From: Paraspadella gotoi
Taxonomy: Eukaryota; Animalia; Chaetognatha
NCBI GenBank assembly: GCA_051294375.1
Contig: CM119264.1
Coordinates: 20,127,564-20,176,285 of the forward strand
DNA length: 48,722 bases
Direction of reading: 5' to 3'
The position numbers and the translations under genes were made by a program. Below, piece after piece: positions 47,512 through 48,722 of this stretch. How positions within the stretch are numbered: position 1 is the first letter of the stretch; every line of letters starts with the position of its first letter. The notes beneath the pieces are model-generated. The model saw only the letters and a program-made list of their open reading frames with translations. It searched no databases and was not told where the DNA came from.

Positions 47512-47864
47512 AGTAATATCCTTATAAAATCATATATTTTTAATTTTAAGAACAGTTTCAGATTAGCTGAAAAAAACTGAAAAACTTTTGTAAAATATGT
47601 TTCATGATATTTTTAGTTTCTATTACAGAGAGTAAAAAAGTAAATAATTTTGACCTTTTTGCCCATTTTTTATGCCGAGGTCATTAAAAATTTTAATAAC
47701 ATATTTCATATTTTTGATCTTAGGCAGTGATTTCTATCGAGGAATTTAGCAAAAAAACCACTTTTTGCAATATTGCTAGAATATTACCTACAAAATTGAT
47801 TAAATTTGAACCCTAAGACAAAGTGGGCTGGCTTACAGGTTAATTGACATCATCTGCTGCATTT

Positions 47865-47874
47865 NNNNNNNNNN
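47865..47874. other. Assembly gap (10 N) followed by an apparently exact duplicate of 46811-47051
   Basis: 47875-48115 repeats 46811-47051. Confidence 0.9.
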
Positions 47875-48114
47875 TTCACAATGATCAACCTAGTGGGTTT
47901 TTTTTATGGTGGTCTTGAGAGAGTACTGTAATTTATAATTTATAATTTCTAGTATAAGCCAAAATTGTATAACAATCAATTCGTACTTTAAAATTGTATA
48001 TCTTAAAAAAAAATTGAAGCTGCAATAACTTGAAATTCCGTACAATTACAATTTTGGCCTCAGGGCATTATGTCCCATATAATACAGTATCTAAATTCAT
48101 TTGGATATTGCAGT

Positions 48115-48722
48115 ACTTTCCTACCCACACACAAAATTCAATTTCGATTTATCTATCCAATTTTTAATAAACAAAATAATTATGAGTAAATTTAAGTAAA
48201 AATACTTCAAGTAAATATGACTTTTGTTTTTTCCATTTTAACTCATTTCCACTCGCACGATTCCATCGAAACTTTATATCCGGCTCAATCACACATTTTC
48301 CTACCATCATACAAAATTTCAAGTCAATTGCACTATCCACTCATGAGCAATTGGCGTTCAAATAGTGAAATATATTTTTTTGTTTTTTCCATTTAAACCA
48401 ATTTCCACTCGCACGATTCCTTCGAAACTTCATATCCATCTCAATCACACAGTTTCCTACCCACACACAAAATTTCATACCAATCCATCCATCCAATCAC
48501 GGGTAATTGGAGTTTTTTGCTAAGGTGGGACGGAGACGGACGGACGGACGGACGGACGGACGGACGGACGGAGGACGGACGGACGGACAGACGGACGGAC
48601 GGATATCATTTTTTTTGCATAATTTATCATAATTCGATGTTCTGACATGATATAAGTGTGTGCCCGACAATATTGAGGGGGCGGACCGACGGACCGAAAA
48701 AGTGAGTTATAGAGTCGGGATC
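48115..48722 (-). mobile_element. HINE H-A 5' part (cut by the window edge)
   Basis: Close reverse-complement match to about 41200-41760. Confidence 0.75.

Overview
Very AT-rich, repeat-dense eukaryotic (most likely invertebrate animal) genomic DNA. Two spliced genes run on the minus strand. (1) The last two coding exons of an NR1-type nuclear receptor (LBD helices 9-11 at 45957-46121; AF-2 PPLLREMF plus a long F domain at 30512-31023), separated by a ~14.9 kb intron full of nested transposons. (2) A five-exon, phase-consistent model for a single-pass membrane protein with a long low-complexity tail (22915 to 4276). The rest is non-autonomous mobile DNA: DINE-1/HINE-like Helentron derivatives, TTAA (Kolobok-like) and TA (Tc1/pogo-like) MITEs, a 5.4 kb foldback element with a 9-bp TSD, a 7-bp-TSD element, an RTE-like LINE scrap and Penelope-type minimal hammerhead remnants. 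Main result: three sequence-unrelated repeat families each carry a circularly permuted (type-P5) twister ribozyme motif. The T1 and T2 pseudoknots, P2, P4 and P5 covary between families, and P1 is reduced to a (near-)palindromic hexamer (AGGCCT, GGCGCT, CGGCCG), suggesting dimer-dependent cleavage. One family forms a ~340-bp head-to-tail array (retrozyme-like), two sit directly behind tRNA-derived heads, and one intact copy lies sense-oriented ~100 nt upstream of the nuclear receptor's last splice acceptor. All structure and gene calls were made by eye; no searches were run, so activity and novelty are untested.
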